DNA from: Escherichia phage DT57C
Sequence record: NC_027356.1
DNA length: 64,000 nt
Direction: 5' to 3' (one strand)
Program-made: the position numbers and the translations under genes
Notes under the pieces: model-generated
Database searches by the model: none
What the model was told of the DNA's origin: nothing
The model's input: the letters and a program-made list of their open reading frames with translations, nothing else
In this document: positions 35,541 to 44,073 of the stretch, piece by piece
Layout: every line of letters starts with the position of its first letter
Numbering within the stretch: the stretch's first letter is position 1

Positions 35541-36056
35541 TTACTTCGCTTTACGTTTACGAGCTGGTTTAGCAGATTTACGAGCAGAATCACCCGTAAA
35601 TTTAATACCCACACCATAGCACAGAGCACGAACGTTATCTTTGCTATATTCTACGCCGAAGATATTTGGCTTAACAGAACCAAACTGGCCACGAGTATCA
35701 CGCAGTACATCTGCCGTTGGTTTACGCTTCTGGTTAACTGCTTTTTCGTAATCTTTCATGGCCATGCCATTACGAGGGAACAATTCAGCTCCAGCATTGA
35801 AACTCAGTGTTACTGGAACAGATTTGTGACCGTAACCCTGTACATAGGTTACGAGGCGGACTACAGAACGAGTAGCATTCTTAGCCTTCGGCTTTTGACG
35901 AATCGGAGCCGGACGATTCAGTGCCTGTGCAGCTTGAGCATCAGTAGGATGCTTGCGCAGGTGGCGTTCCAGACGAGCTTTGCGGTTAGCCTCAGTCTGT
36001 GGGAAAGTTTTAACTGCCGGAGCTGCTTGAGTTTTTGCGTTTTTCTGCTTAGCCAT
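35541..36056 (-). CDS. Basic hypothetical protein (host-optimal codon usage)
   Basis: 171-aa ORF; plus-strand 280-aa ORF opposite judged antisense artefact. Confidence 0.55.
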   Translation of the reverse strand: MAKQKNAKTQAAPAVKTFPQTEANRKARLERHLRKHPTDAQAAQALNRPAPIRQKPKAKNATRSVVRLVTYVQGYGHKSVPVTLSFNAGAELFPRNGMAMKDYEKAVNQKRKPTADVLRDTRGQFGSVKPNIFGVEYSKDNVRALCYGVGIKFTGDSARKSAKPARKRKAK

Positions 36057-36094
36057 TATTTGTTTTCCTTTTTGTTTATCAATTTATGAAGTAT

Positions 36095-36123
36095 ATTATA
36101 CGAGAATTTGAAGCGTTCAGCAA
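36095..36123 (-). promoter_or_regulatory. Sigma70-type early promoter (TTGCTG-17-TATAAT)
   Basis: -10 36095-36100, -35 36118-36123. Confidence 0.55.
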
Positions 36124-36139
36124 ATGAATTTTTTAAAAA

Positions 36140-36418
36140 TTATCTGCCAACCATCTTAGCTTGTTCGGCATCTGAGACATATTGATACGCTCCTTTATTA
36201 TACGCTGGAGCAGTACACATTTTCTTACGCTCAATCTCTTCTTGAGCTTTTCTTTCGCGTTCAGCTAATTCTTCATCCAGATAAACTAAACGTTGTTCTG
36301 GAGGAGGTGGAAGACGTGTTTCTGGCTCACCAATATTAGCCTTTCTTATTTGACGAGGTGATTGTGCACGTTTTCTCAACGGTTTAAATCCTAATGAATT
36401 TGAGTTATAAATTCGCAT
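36140..36418 (-). CDS. Hypothetical protein
   Basis: 92-aa ORF. Confidence 0.5.
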   Translation of the reverse strand: MRIYNSNSLGFKPLRKRAQSPRQIRKANIGEPETRLPPPPEQRLVYLDEELAERERKAQEEIERKKMCTAPAYNKGAYQYVSDAEQAKMVGR

Positions 36419-36445
36419 AAAGCCCTCCTCACTTTCAATACGAAT

Positions 36446-36474
36446 ATTATACTAAATTAGAGGGCTTTAAGCAA
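36446..36474 (-). promoter_or_regulatory. Sigma70-type early promoter enclosed by 8-bp inverted repeat (aagccctc...gagggctt)
   Basis: -10 36446-36451, -35 36469-36474. Confidence 0.55.
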
Positions 36475-36494
36475 CTGAATTTTTAAATTATTTA

Positions 36495-36971
36495 TTACAT
36501 CTCCGCAAGTTCTTGCTCAGTAATAACTGTATTACACAGTGCATCTACAGCTTCATTACCACTAATACCAGAATGTCCTTTAACCTTAATAAAGGTAGGA
36601 TTAGTATTGTGAAAGTTGATATACTGCTGTGTTAATTTAAATGCTTCCTGCCAAAGTTCTAGATTAAGAGGAACCTCACCATCTGCTTTCTTCCAGCCTT
36701 TCCTTTGCCAAGAAAACATCCAGCTTTCCATGCCATTTTTGCAATAAGCAGAGTCAGTATAGATAACAATTGGTCTATTATCCTTTTTAACGGACCAACG
36801 TAGAGCTTCTACAATAGCTGTGAGTTCCATCTCATTATTTGTAGTTTTAGGACTATAGCCAGATTTAGAGCCTAGACGATCGTCATTATCATCATAGACA
36901 ATAAAACCCCAAGCACCGGGACCTGGGTTGGACTTACAAGCACCATCTGTGTAAATGTGGAAAACCGACAT
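36495..36971 (-). CDS. rnh: Ribonuclease H (RNase HI)
   Basis: Motif DGACKSNPGPGAWG; start set at ATG 36971 (GGAG RBS) rather than upstream TTG of track ORF 36495-36983. Confidence 0.75.
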   Translation of the reverse strand: MSVFHIYTDGACKSNPGPGAWGFIVYDDNDDRLGSKSGYSPKTTNNEMELTAIVEALRWSVKKDNRPIVIYTDSAYCKNGMESWMFSWQRKGWKKADGEVPLNLELWQEAFKLTQQYINFHNTNPTFIKVKGHSGISGNEAVDALCNTVITEQELAEM

Positions 36972-37032
36972 TATTTGCTCCAATTAATAGTTACCCAATA
37001 GCCTTCACGCTAATTACGATCAAGTAAAATAT

Positions 37033-37062
37033 ATTATATTTGAAATTATACCTAATAAGCAA
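37033..37062 (-). promoter_or_regulatory. Sigma70-type promoter embedded in ~20-bp inverted repeat
   Basis: -35 TTGCTT (37057-37062), -10 TATAAT (37033-37038); flanking IR atattatatttgaaattatac / gtataatttcaaatataat. Confidence 0.45.
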
Positions 37063-37080
37063 GTATAATTTCAAATATAA

Positions 37081-37096
37081 TAGCCCCGAAGGGCTA
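37081..37096 (-). terminator. Rho-independent terminator (tagccc cgaa gggcta)
   Basis: Hairpin after thyA stop with T-rich tail on minus strand. Confidence 0.5.
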
Positions 37097-37102
37097 TTTA
37101 AG

Positions 37103-37942
37103 TTAAGAGGACATTTTAGCTTTAAGAGCTGGATGAGGATCGTACCCCTCTAAGTGGAATGACCAGGCTGCTGTATTATTTTCTAATAAGTCGTAAAGAT
37201 CTACAAATTCTGGCATTACTAGAGTTGGTAAAGAACGAGGTTTACGTTTTACCTGTTCTTCTACCTGTTCCATGTGGTCATTATAGATATGAGTATCACC
37301 GCCACTAAAGATAAGATAACGAGGTTTTAATCCTGTCAGTTTTGCTAATATATGCGTTAATAAAGCATAACTAGCGATATTGAAAGGTAAACCGAGGAAA
37401 CAATCCACAGAGCGTTGTGTCCATTTAAGATCTAAGTACCCATCATTACTTACATAGCACTGGAAGCCGTAGTGACAGGGTGGTAATGCCATTTTATCAA
37501 GTTCAGCTACGTTCCATGCAGAAACTAGATGTCTGCGGCCATGTGGATTATTCTTGAGTCCTTCAATAAGTTCTAGAATCTGATCTCGCCCACCAAAGTT
37601 ACGCCACTGTTTACCATATACTGGTCCTAGATTACCATTATCATATCCCATACTTATAGCTTGGTCTTCATAATTTGGAGTCCAGATGGTCCACTGTCCT
37701 TCGTCACGACCAAATGTGAATACACGTAGATCATGAAGATTTGTGGAACCAGACAAGAACCATAAAAGTTCTCCAACTACCGATTTCCAAGCTAGACGTT
37801 TAGTAGTTACAGCCGGGAACCCGTCACGTAGATCGAACTTAGCATAGGAATCAAAAATTGAAACTGTGCCTGTTCCTGTACGGTCATTACGGGGTTCACC
37901 TAGTAAAATTACATCTGTCAAAATTTTTAAGTATTGTTGCAT
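37103..37942 (-). CDS. thyA: Thymidylate synthase
   Basis: 279-aa ORF; active-site motif LPPCHYGFQCYV. Confidence 0.8.
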   Translation of the reverse strand: MQQYLKILTDVILLGEPRNDRTGTGTVSIFDSYAKFDLRDGFPAVTTKRLAWKSVVGELLWFLSGSTNLHDLRVFTFGRDEGQWTIWTPNYEDQAISMGYDNGNLGPVYGKQWRNFGGRDQILELIEGLKNNPHGRRHLVSAWNVAELDKMALPPCHYGFQCYVSNDGYLDLKWTQRSVDCFLGLPFNIASYALLTHILAKLTGLKPRYLIFSGGDTHIYNDHMEQVEEQVKRKPRSLPTLVMPEFVDLYDLLENNTAAWSFHLEGYDPHPALKAKMSS

Positions 37943-38475
37943 TAATAAGTAACCAATTCCTGTACAAATCGCAGGCTGTTATCACTGTTTGCGCCAGTTG
38001 CGTAAACTAATCGAGTAGATTCATAGTTGTAATCTAGAATCGTATTATCCAGATGTACATCTGCCTCTAGCTTCTGTTCGCTAAAGATTGTAGATACAAA
38101 AGCACTTTCTATATGCCCATGTTGGTACATCTCTAGAAGAAGATTAGCTCCGCCTAGAACTACTGTTTGCTGATCTTTTAAGAACGTGGGCAATGTATCC
38201 CCAATCTTAGAAATTGGGGTGTAAATATCATGTGTAATATCGTCTGGCAATGGACGATCAGCACGAATAAATAGGTCAGAAGTTCCAATCATACGTTCCC
38301 TAACGGCGTATGGAAGAGCTAAATAAGTACCAGCACCAATAATAATATTATTAGGATTTAGTACATCTAATTGTGAATAAAAAGCACCTAGTTCTTCTTT
38401 AAAAGAACCCCAGGGAAGCTTACCTCGGAGGCCGAACTCCCCATTCGGCCCAACTGCATACATTGCTGTAATCAC
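37942..38475 (-). CDS. frd: Dihydrofolate reductase
   Basis: 177-aa ORF; size, position next to thyA, DHFR-like N-terminus. Confidence 0.6.
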   Translation of the reverse strand: MITAMYAVGPNGEFGLRGKLPWGSFKEELGAFYSQLDVLNPNNIIIGAGTYLALPYAVRERMIGTSDLFIRADRPLPDDITHDIYTPISKIGDTLPTFLKDQQTVVLGGANLLLEMYQHGHIESAFVSTIFSEQKLEADVHLDNTILDYNYESTRLVYATGANSDNSLRFVQELVTY

Positions 38476-39617
38476 AGGAAATCTCCAAATTCATTGCCCA
38501 GATCTTTCAGAGTATCAGTAGAAGTCTCAGTTACCTGACCTACACGATAGGCTGCACCAATCTGGATTTCTTGTGGAGCAGGCTGTAGAGAAGTAGTATC
38601 CAACCAGTTCATGATCCACGGAATAGGGTTTTTAGTGATTACTGGTAAGTGACTAGGCCATTCTACGCCAATGTGCATAAACGCGTTGCGTCCTACAAAG
38701 TACAGGTACTCTTCTAACAGTTCTGCATTCAAACCAATCAGGCTACGACCGTTGAAAATGAAATGACCCCATTCAATTTCAGTTTTCAGAGTTTTCAGGA
38801 GCTGTGCTGGTGCTTTAGCCACTGCTTCATCTACCAGATCTTTGTCAAACTGCTGGAACATAATCTGGATGATTGTTTTAGACATCTGAGTATGTAAGGC
38901 TTCATCTTTAGCAATCAATTGCAGATTTTTAGCAATACCTTGCAGAATATCGTTCTCTGCTAACGCAAAGGTACATGCAAAGGATGCGTAAAACTGCATT
39001 GCTTCCAGACCGTAGATTGCAAAATAAGCATCTAACAGTTTAGCCTGAGTTTCACGCTTAACTTCAGGGAACTCAGTTTCTGGATACGTATTGTCACCAC
39101 GATGATCACGTACTGCGATGAAATACTGACCTAACTGGTACAGTTCATCAAACAGTTCAACAGAATCTGCGATACGTGCGAATGCTTCTTGGTTTTTGGT
39201 TACAGAATCAATAAATTCTGCTGGATCAGTCAGCACATTACGAATAATATTACTATATGCACGGCTATGCAGATCTTCGAAGTAGCTCCACTGCTTGAGC
39301 ATACCTTCCAATTCTGGACGGCTTACCAGCGGCATAATAGCTGCTTCAGGCGCTCGACTGATAAAGGAATCAGTTTGAGTCTGCCATGCTAAGTTCAGGA
39401 GTGTGATTTCCTGAATTTCACGTGGGAGATTGGGCCATTGTTTCTTATCGGCTTCTAAACTGATTTCTGTCTCAGTCCAAAATTGAGAGCGAGCTAATAA
39501 CGCCAGCCTTTCCAGCTCTGGATGGGCTACTCGTACATAATCTGCGATACCTAGAGAATCACCGAGAAATAGATCTTTATTGGTATGATCCCAGTTTAAG
39601 TTAAGTAAAGTTGTCAT
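38472..39617 (-). CDS. nrdB: Ribonucleotide reductase class Ia small subunit
   Basis: 381-aa ORF downstream of nrdA; ferritin-like pattern. Confidence 0.7.
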   Translation of the reverse strand: MTTLLNLNWDHTNKDLFLGDSLGIADYVRVAHPELERLALLARSQFWTETEISLEADKKQWPNLPREIQEITLLNLAWQTQTDSFISRAPEAAIMPLVSRPELEGMLKQWSYFEDLHSRAYSNIIRNVLTDPAEFIDSVTKNQEAFARIADSVELFDELYQLGQYFIAVRDHRGDNTYPETEFPEVKRETQAKLLDAYFAIYGLEAMQFYASFACTFALAENDILQGIAKNLQLIAKDEALHTQMSKTIIQIMFQQFDKDLVDEAVAKAPAQLLKTLKTEIEWGHFIFNGRSLIGLNAELLEEYLYFVGRNAFMHIGVEWPSHLPVITKNPIPWIMNWLDTTSLQPAPQEIQIGAAYRVGQVTETSTDTLKDLGNEFGDFL

Positions 39618-39625
39618 TAGTTCTC

Positions 39626-40141
39626 CTATTTATCTGTGTTTCTAAGTAGTGTTGGATCTTTGGTTATAGAGAGGATTAAAGAATCTCGATACTCTATCGC
39701 CTCTTCTAGAGTTGGAAGAGTTTTCACGTATTCTTTTCCGTTAATGGATTTTCTAACTTGAAATCCAGACCCTTTCTTCCGAATATTCTTAGTACCCAAT
39801 ATATTGTTTTTACTGGTTTTTCTATTTTGACTATTTAACTGCCAGTCTGCTTCTCTTAGATTAGTCCACTTATAGTTTAGTGGATCTCCATCTATATGGT
39901 CAACCATAACTTTGGGTAAGTTTCCTGTCATGTACAGAAAAGCAATATTTTGTGCAGGGTACTTCTTACCCTTGATTTGTATTACTAAGTCTTTTCGGTT
40001 AGGATCTACTGAGTGTGGTTTTAAACAACCAGCAGGTAGTCCTCTTACTTTATTGTGTACTTCTTGGTTATTTAACCAAGTAAATGTTCCTTCATCTGGA
40101 TTATACTCCAGAATCCTTTTTAATTCATCTTGTGTTATCAA
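39626..40141 (-). CDS. HNH homing endonuclease (AP2-like C-terminal domain), TTG start
   Basis: 171-aa ORF between nrdA and nrdB; HIDGDPLNY HNH-like motif; own promoter and AAGGAG RBS. Confidence 0.6.
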   Translation of the reverse strand: MITQDELKRILEYNPDEGTFTWLNNQEVHNKVRGLPAGCLKPHSVDPNRKDLVIQIKGKKYPAQNIAFLYMTGNLPKVMVDHIDGDPLNYKWTNLREADWQLNSQNRKTSKNNILGTKNIRKKGSGFQVRKSINGKEYVKTLPTLEEAIEYRDSLILSITKDPTLLRNTDK

Positions 40142-40167
40142 AACTAATCTCCTTAACTAATAGAGAT

Positions 40168-40196
40168 ATTATAGCAAATCAGATAGCGATTAGCAA
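40168..40196 (-). promoter_or_regulatory. Consensus sigma70 promoter for HNH endonuclease gene (TTGCTA-17-TATAAT)
   Basis: -10 40168-40173, -35 40191-40196. Confidence 0.6.
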
Positions 40197-40213
40197 GTAA
40201 AATTTCAAAGAAA

Positions 40214-40243
40214 AAGGAGACCCGAAGATCTCCTTGTTTTTAT
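40214..40243. terminator. Hairpin terminator (aaggaga cccgaag tctcctt) with T-runs on both sides
   Basis: 7-bp stem; candidate bidirectional terminator after nrdA. Confidence 0.5.
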
Positions 40244-42573
40244 TAAATAGTACAACCGCCTGATGCACAACCGGCTGCTTCTTCACCAGCCCCACCACCA
40301 TTTGCAGTGTTGAAGTTAGCATAATACCAAGTTTTCCACCCGTATTTAACAGCAGTCATGAAATCACGAACTACTACTGGGCCAGGAATAATTTCATTCT
40401 CAAACTTGGTGTAGTCATAGTACATATTCGTACTGATAGACTGACTGAAGAATTTCTGCATAGTTGCTACCCATTTGATCCATTCAATACGATCCACATC
40501 GTAAGCCAGTTTATAGCTCATGAGAGTATCCCAATCAGTTGCACCTGGAGCGATTGCAATTACTTTATTCACTGCACTACCCTTAATAGATACAATCTTA
40601 CGGGGTGGTTCAATAGAGTTAGTAACCCCTAACAGAACGGAAGAACTTTCTCCTGGCATCTGAGCAGTCAGAACAGAGTTACGCATACCGTATTTCAGAA
40701 TATCTGCACGCAGAGATTCCCAATCCATTTCTAGACCTACTGATACCAGCTCATCAACAGTTTTCTTGTACGTGTCGATTACCAGAGTTCCTTTGGATGG
40801 TTTAGTACGATTAAACCATTCACATGCACCTTGCTCTTTGGCTAGACGTACAGAGGCTTTATGCAGGAAGTAAGACAGTTTTTCAGCTTCACGATGAATC
40901 CAGTTACGTGCTTCAACGCCTTCATAAGCCAAACCTTCCGCCGCCATTGCACCTGCTGCGTTCATCAGACCAATACCAACGTTACGACGTTTCTTAGCTG
41001 TATATTCCATAGTTGGGAACGGATAATCCTGAATTTCAATAATTGTATCAACGAATTTCAGGAGGATGTAGCAAGTTTTTTCCCACTCAGCCAGAGATTC
41101 CATGCGTCCAAGTACAACACCACCTAAGTTACACAGAGATACTTCACCAATATCCTCCGGCTTCATTTGATCAAGTTGTTCTTTTGTTTTATACAGCTCT
41201 GTAATGTGGTGGAATGGGCGTGTAGGCTGATTAATTTCAAGGCATAAATTACTCATACGGATTGGATCAAGGAAGTTACCGTGACGATTAGATTCCCCGA
41301 TGTGGTGCGCATACATACGTCCTGTTTCCATTCTGATACGTAGCCAAGTATCTAGGATTTCTTTTGCAGAGACTTTAGGAGCTGCTGGAACTGTTTTTCC
41401 TTCATGGTCGATCTTTGTAAGAGATGCCACACGTTTCTCCGCTGCCACATAGATTTCTTCAAATTTAGCCTCGTCATCACTATAAAACGCTTCATGAACT
41501 TCTGGAGCATAGAAGTATGACATTAGCGTAATATCTTCATTTTTCAGATAACGTTTTAACAAAAGATTATTAAAGTTCAGAGAATAATCCATCTTATCGA
41601 TTTTATTCTCGTCTGTAGCACGTTGCTGCTTAACCTGCATCAATTGGATGATTTCAGGGTCAAAGTAAGGATAGGATACAGTAGCAGAACCACCACGAGT
41701 TTGCTGAGTATTAGCCTTTACTGATCGGTCAATGTGTCGATAATATGGCAGTTTTCCGGAATGCGGGAATGCCCCGTTTCGCACCGGATCAGCAATTGAT
41801 CGGCTTTCAAGATGATACCCGATTCCCGCTCTGGCTGCAACCATTTTGAAGACGATGTGTTCGGCTGTGTCGATTGAATCCAATGTGTCAGTGGAATCAA
41901 CGAGGCAACAACTAGCAAATCCACGGTCACTAGAGCGCAAGCCAACCAATGGCGGCGTAGGAACGTTGATCTTGTGGAGCGACATTGCATTGTAGAGATC
42001 GATTGCATCTAGAATTGTCCAATTAGGTTGAGATAACATCGCCATTGCCATACCCATATAGGCAAATTGCGGGGTTTCGTAAATTTCGCCAGTTGCGATA
42101 TTACGACGGGAATACTTATCAAAGAATTGTTTCAGTCCTCCACTAGTGAAAAGACGGTCGCGATCATGGTCGATAACCTGATTCAGAGCTTCAAATTGCT
42201 CATCGGTAATCCATGCACTCATGTCTTCCCATGCACCTACACTAACCATATGATCGTGGAAGAAGCGTAGGGAAGGTGGTTCGAAGGAATCATAAAGACG
42301 TTTACGCATCTGCGCAAGACGTAATTCCTTTGCGGGCACGTCGTATGCTGGGTTATCTTTGATAAGACTTTCAGCAGCTTTAATTAACGCATCCATCAGA
42401 GTATCGGAATCTACAACCCCTTTAGGTAGAGTTTTTTGAGCAGCCATAGTAATGGCTGACCAACTTACATCAACTGTTTTGCAACCATACTCTGCCCAAC
42501 CATTGAGTTTTTCAGGAGCAAAGTCTTCTACAGTACCGTCACGTTTAATTACTTTTTCAATGCGATGGCTCAT
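40243..42573 (-). CDS. nrdA: Ribonucleotide reductase class Ia large subunit
   Basis: Motifs incl. SNLCLEINQPTRP; start moved to ATG at 42573 (MSHRIEK..., AAGGAAA RBS) from track ORF 40243-42678. Confidence 0.8.
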   Translation of the reverse strand: MSHRIEKVIKRDGTVEDFAPEKLNGWAEYGCKTVDVSWSAITMAAQKTLPKGVVDSDTLMDALIKAAESLIKDNPAYDVPAKELRLAQMRKRLYDSFEPPSLRFFHDHMVSVGAWEDMSAWITDEQFEALNQVIDHDRDRLFTSGGLKQFFDKYSRRNIATGEIYETPQFAYMGMAMAMLSQPNWTILDAIDLYNAMSLHKINVPTPPLVGLRSSDRGFASCCLVDSTDTLDSIDTAEHIVFKMVAARAGIGYHLESRSIADPVRNGAFPHSGKLPYYRHIDRSVKANTQQTRGGSATVSYPYFDPEIIQLMQVKQQRATDENKIDKMDYSLNFNNLLLKRYLKNEDITLMSYFYAPEVHEAFYSDDEAKFEEIYVAAEKRVASLTKIDHEGKTVPAAPKVSAKEILDTWLRIRMETGRMYAHHIGESNRHGNFLDPIRMSNLCLEINQPTRPFHHITELYKTKEQLDQMKPEDIGEVSLCNLGGVVLGRMESLAEWEKTCYILLKFVDTIIEIQDYPFPTMEYTAKKRRNVGIGLMNAAGAMAAEGLAYEGVEARNWIHREAEKLSYFLHKASVRLAKEQGACEWFNRTKPSKGTLVIDTYKKTVDELVSVGLEMDWESLRADILKYGMRNSVLTAQMPGESSSVLLGVTNSIEPPRKIVSIKGSAVNKVIAIAPGATDWDTLMSYKLAYDVDRIEWIKWVATMQKFFSQSISTNMYYDYTKFENEIIPGPVVVRDFMTAVKYGWKTWYYANFNTANGGGAGEEAAGCASGGCTI

Positions 42574-42611
42574 TTGGTTTTCCTTTTTATGGTTATCAGA
42601 ATTTAGGAAAT

Positions 42612-42640
42612 AGTTTACTTTATTCTCAGTCATTTGGCAA
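42612..42640 (-). promoter_or_regulatory. Putative promoter for nrdA (TTGCCA-17-TAAACT)
   Basis: By-eye match; weaker -10. Confidence 0.35.
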
Positions 42641-42660
42641 ATAAAATTTTCTGATAGAAA

Positions 42661-42689
42661 AGGCCTGGGTATTTTCATACCCAGGCCTT
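42661..42689 (-). terminator. Rho-independent terminator (aggcctgggta...tacccaggcct)
   Basis: 11-bp perfect stem, T-rich tail on minus strand. Confidence 0.6.
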
Positions 42690-42717
42690 CTGTGTTGTCA
42701 GTCTAGTTTTTGGCCAC

Positions 42718-42915
42718 TTAAGTTCTCAGCAGAATATCTATTGAGGTACTTAGTTCATTATAATTGAAGGGCCGATTTGGATTTGAGGTTACAATTTTCC
42801 ACGCTAGGGTAGTCTTAGGACTATCTTCCCCTTCCTTACGTGTAATCATATTAGCAGCACTCAATGAGGTATGATGAATTTTAGTTTTTCGGCGTAGATG
42901 TACAACGTTTCCCAT
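42718..42915 (-). CDS. Hypothetical protein (start at internal Met of track ORF 42718-42984)
   Basis: ATG overlaps phoH stop; ~65 aa. Confidence 0.35.
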   Translation of the reverse strand: MGNVVHLRRKTKIHHTSLSAANMITRKEGEDSPKTTLAWKIVTSNPNRPFNYNELSTSIDILLRT

Positions 42916-42916
42916 A

Positions 42917-43678
42917 CTACACCTTCCCCATGTCTTTAAAAATATCGTAGAATGCTTTAGACTCAGCAGAACGAACGTTATCAATCAATTCGATCATTGA
43001 GAATGGGGCATTTTCATACTTCTCATAAACTTCCATAAGAAGTGCTAGACCTGAGTCACCTTTAATGTCTTTTTGGGCTATATCTCCACAGATAATTAAA
43101 CGGCAGTCTTGTCCTACACGAGTTAGGAGACAAACCATTGCCTCAACGGAAATATTCTGAGCTTCATCGACAATTACATAGGAGTTGTTGAAAGTTCTGC
43201 CACGAGCATGTTCTATAGCCAAAAATTTAATTTTCTGACGTTCGACATATCCCTTATAGGCGTGATCACCGATGGCCCATTTCATACCATCAGCTATTGG
43301 CTCCAACCAAGGCTCTAGCTTTTCTGCTAGATCACCAGGAAGCATACCAAGAGACTTACCTAGAGGTTCATTAGGACGGACGAGAATCACTTGCTCAATA
43401 TCTGAGTGAATGTCTACGAGTTCCTGAGCTGCAAGAACGGACGGAATAAAGGTTTTGCCAGTACCTGGCTCACCGATACCCACAGTCACTGTGTTGTTCT
43501 TGATCATATTGATATATGATTTTTGCTCGCGGTTTTTACCTACTAGGGATTTAGCAACTGGGTTGACGTAATCATTAGAAAAATCAGCCTGAATTACGTT
43601 ACTCTCATATTTGTTGCCACGCTTTCTTGAACCATTGCGGTTCTCTCTTTTTTGACGTGCTTTTCCCATAAATAACAC
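42917..43678 (-). CDS. phoH: PhoH-like ATPase
   Basis: 253-aa ORF; Walker A GEPGTGKTF. Confidence 0.75.
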   Translation of the reverse strand: MLFMGKARQKRENRNGSRKRGNKYESNVIQADFSNDYVNPVAKSLVGKNREQKSYINMIKNNTVTVGIGEPGTGKTFIPSVLAAQELVDIHSDIEQVILVRPNEPLGKSLGMLPGDLAEKLEPWLEPIADGMKWAIGDHAYKGYVERQKIKFLAIEHARGRTFNNSYVIVDEAQNISVEAMVCLLTRVGQDCRLIICGDIAQKDIKGDSGLALLMEVYEKYENAPFSMIELIDNVRSAESKAFYDIFKDMGKV

Positions 43679-43744
43679 TCCTATAGTGTACTTTGCTTCT
43701 AACAGAGGATCAACAAAAGATCTTGTTTATCAACTTACAAATAT

Positions 43745-43773
43745 ATTATACCAGTATATACAGTAAAAAGCAA
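43745..43773 (-). promoter_or_regulatory. Sigma70 promoter for phoH operon (TTGCTT-17-TATAAT)
   Basis: -10 43745-43750, -35 43768-43773. Confidence 0.55.
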
Positions 43774-43818
43774 CTACAATTTTAAATAAGCCTATGATAT
43801 TGCATTTAAATAAAAAAT

Positions 43819-43847
43819 TTGCTTGCTTATAAAGGTAAAAGTATGAT
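43819..43847 (+). promoter_or_regulatory. Sigma70 promoter (TTGCTT-17-TATGAT), rightward
   Basis: Read directly in divergent intergenic region. Confidence 0.45.
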
Positions 43848-43910
43848 ACTAGATAATCATTTATTTATACGCGAAATATTACAGTATTAGATGGCGAAAG
43901 AAAAATTTAA

Positions 43911-43939
43911 TTGACATAGTGGGTAATATTTAGTATAAT
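43911..43939 (+). promoter_or_regulatory. Consensus sigma70 promoter (TTGACA-17-TATAAT), rightward, upstream of nrdD
   Basis: Perfect -35 and -10 hexamers with 17-bp spacer. Confidence 0.65.
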
Positions 43940-44073
43940 AAGTGTAAAAATTCTGAGGAGAAAACTAATCCACAGTAACTACTGTAAAGAGTAGAACTGT
44001 CAGTACAGAAGTTTTAACGGGGGTATAGAGGTCCTCGGTACTGTAGCTACAAAATTTATAGAGGAAATAATTA

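Noticed and set aside
35247-36089. 280-aa plus-strand ORF
   Set aside because: Antisense to two well-supported minus-strand genes with host-optimal codons; low-complexity composition
39626-40141. Transposase or insertion sequence
   Set aside because: No inverted terminal repeats or target-site duplication; the protein has HNH-type motifs and sits between nrdA and nrdB as homing endonucleases do
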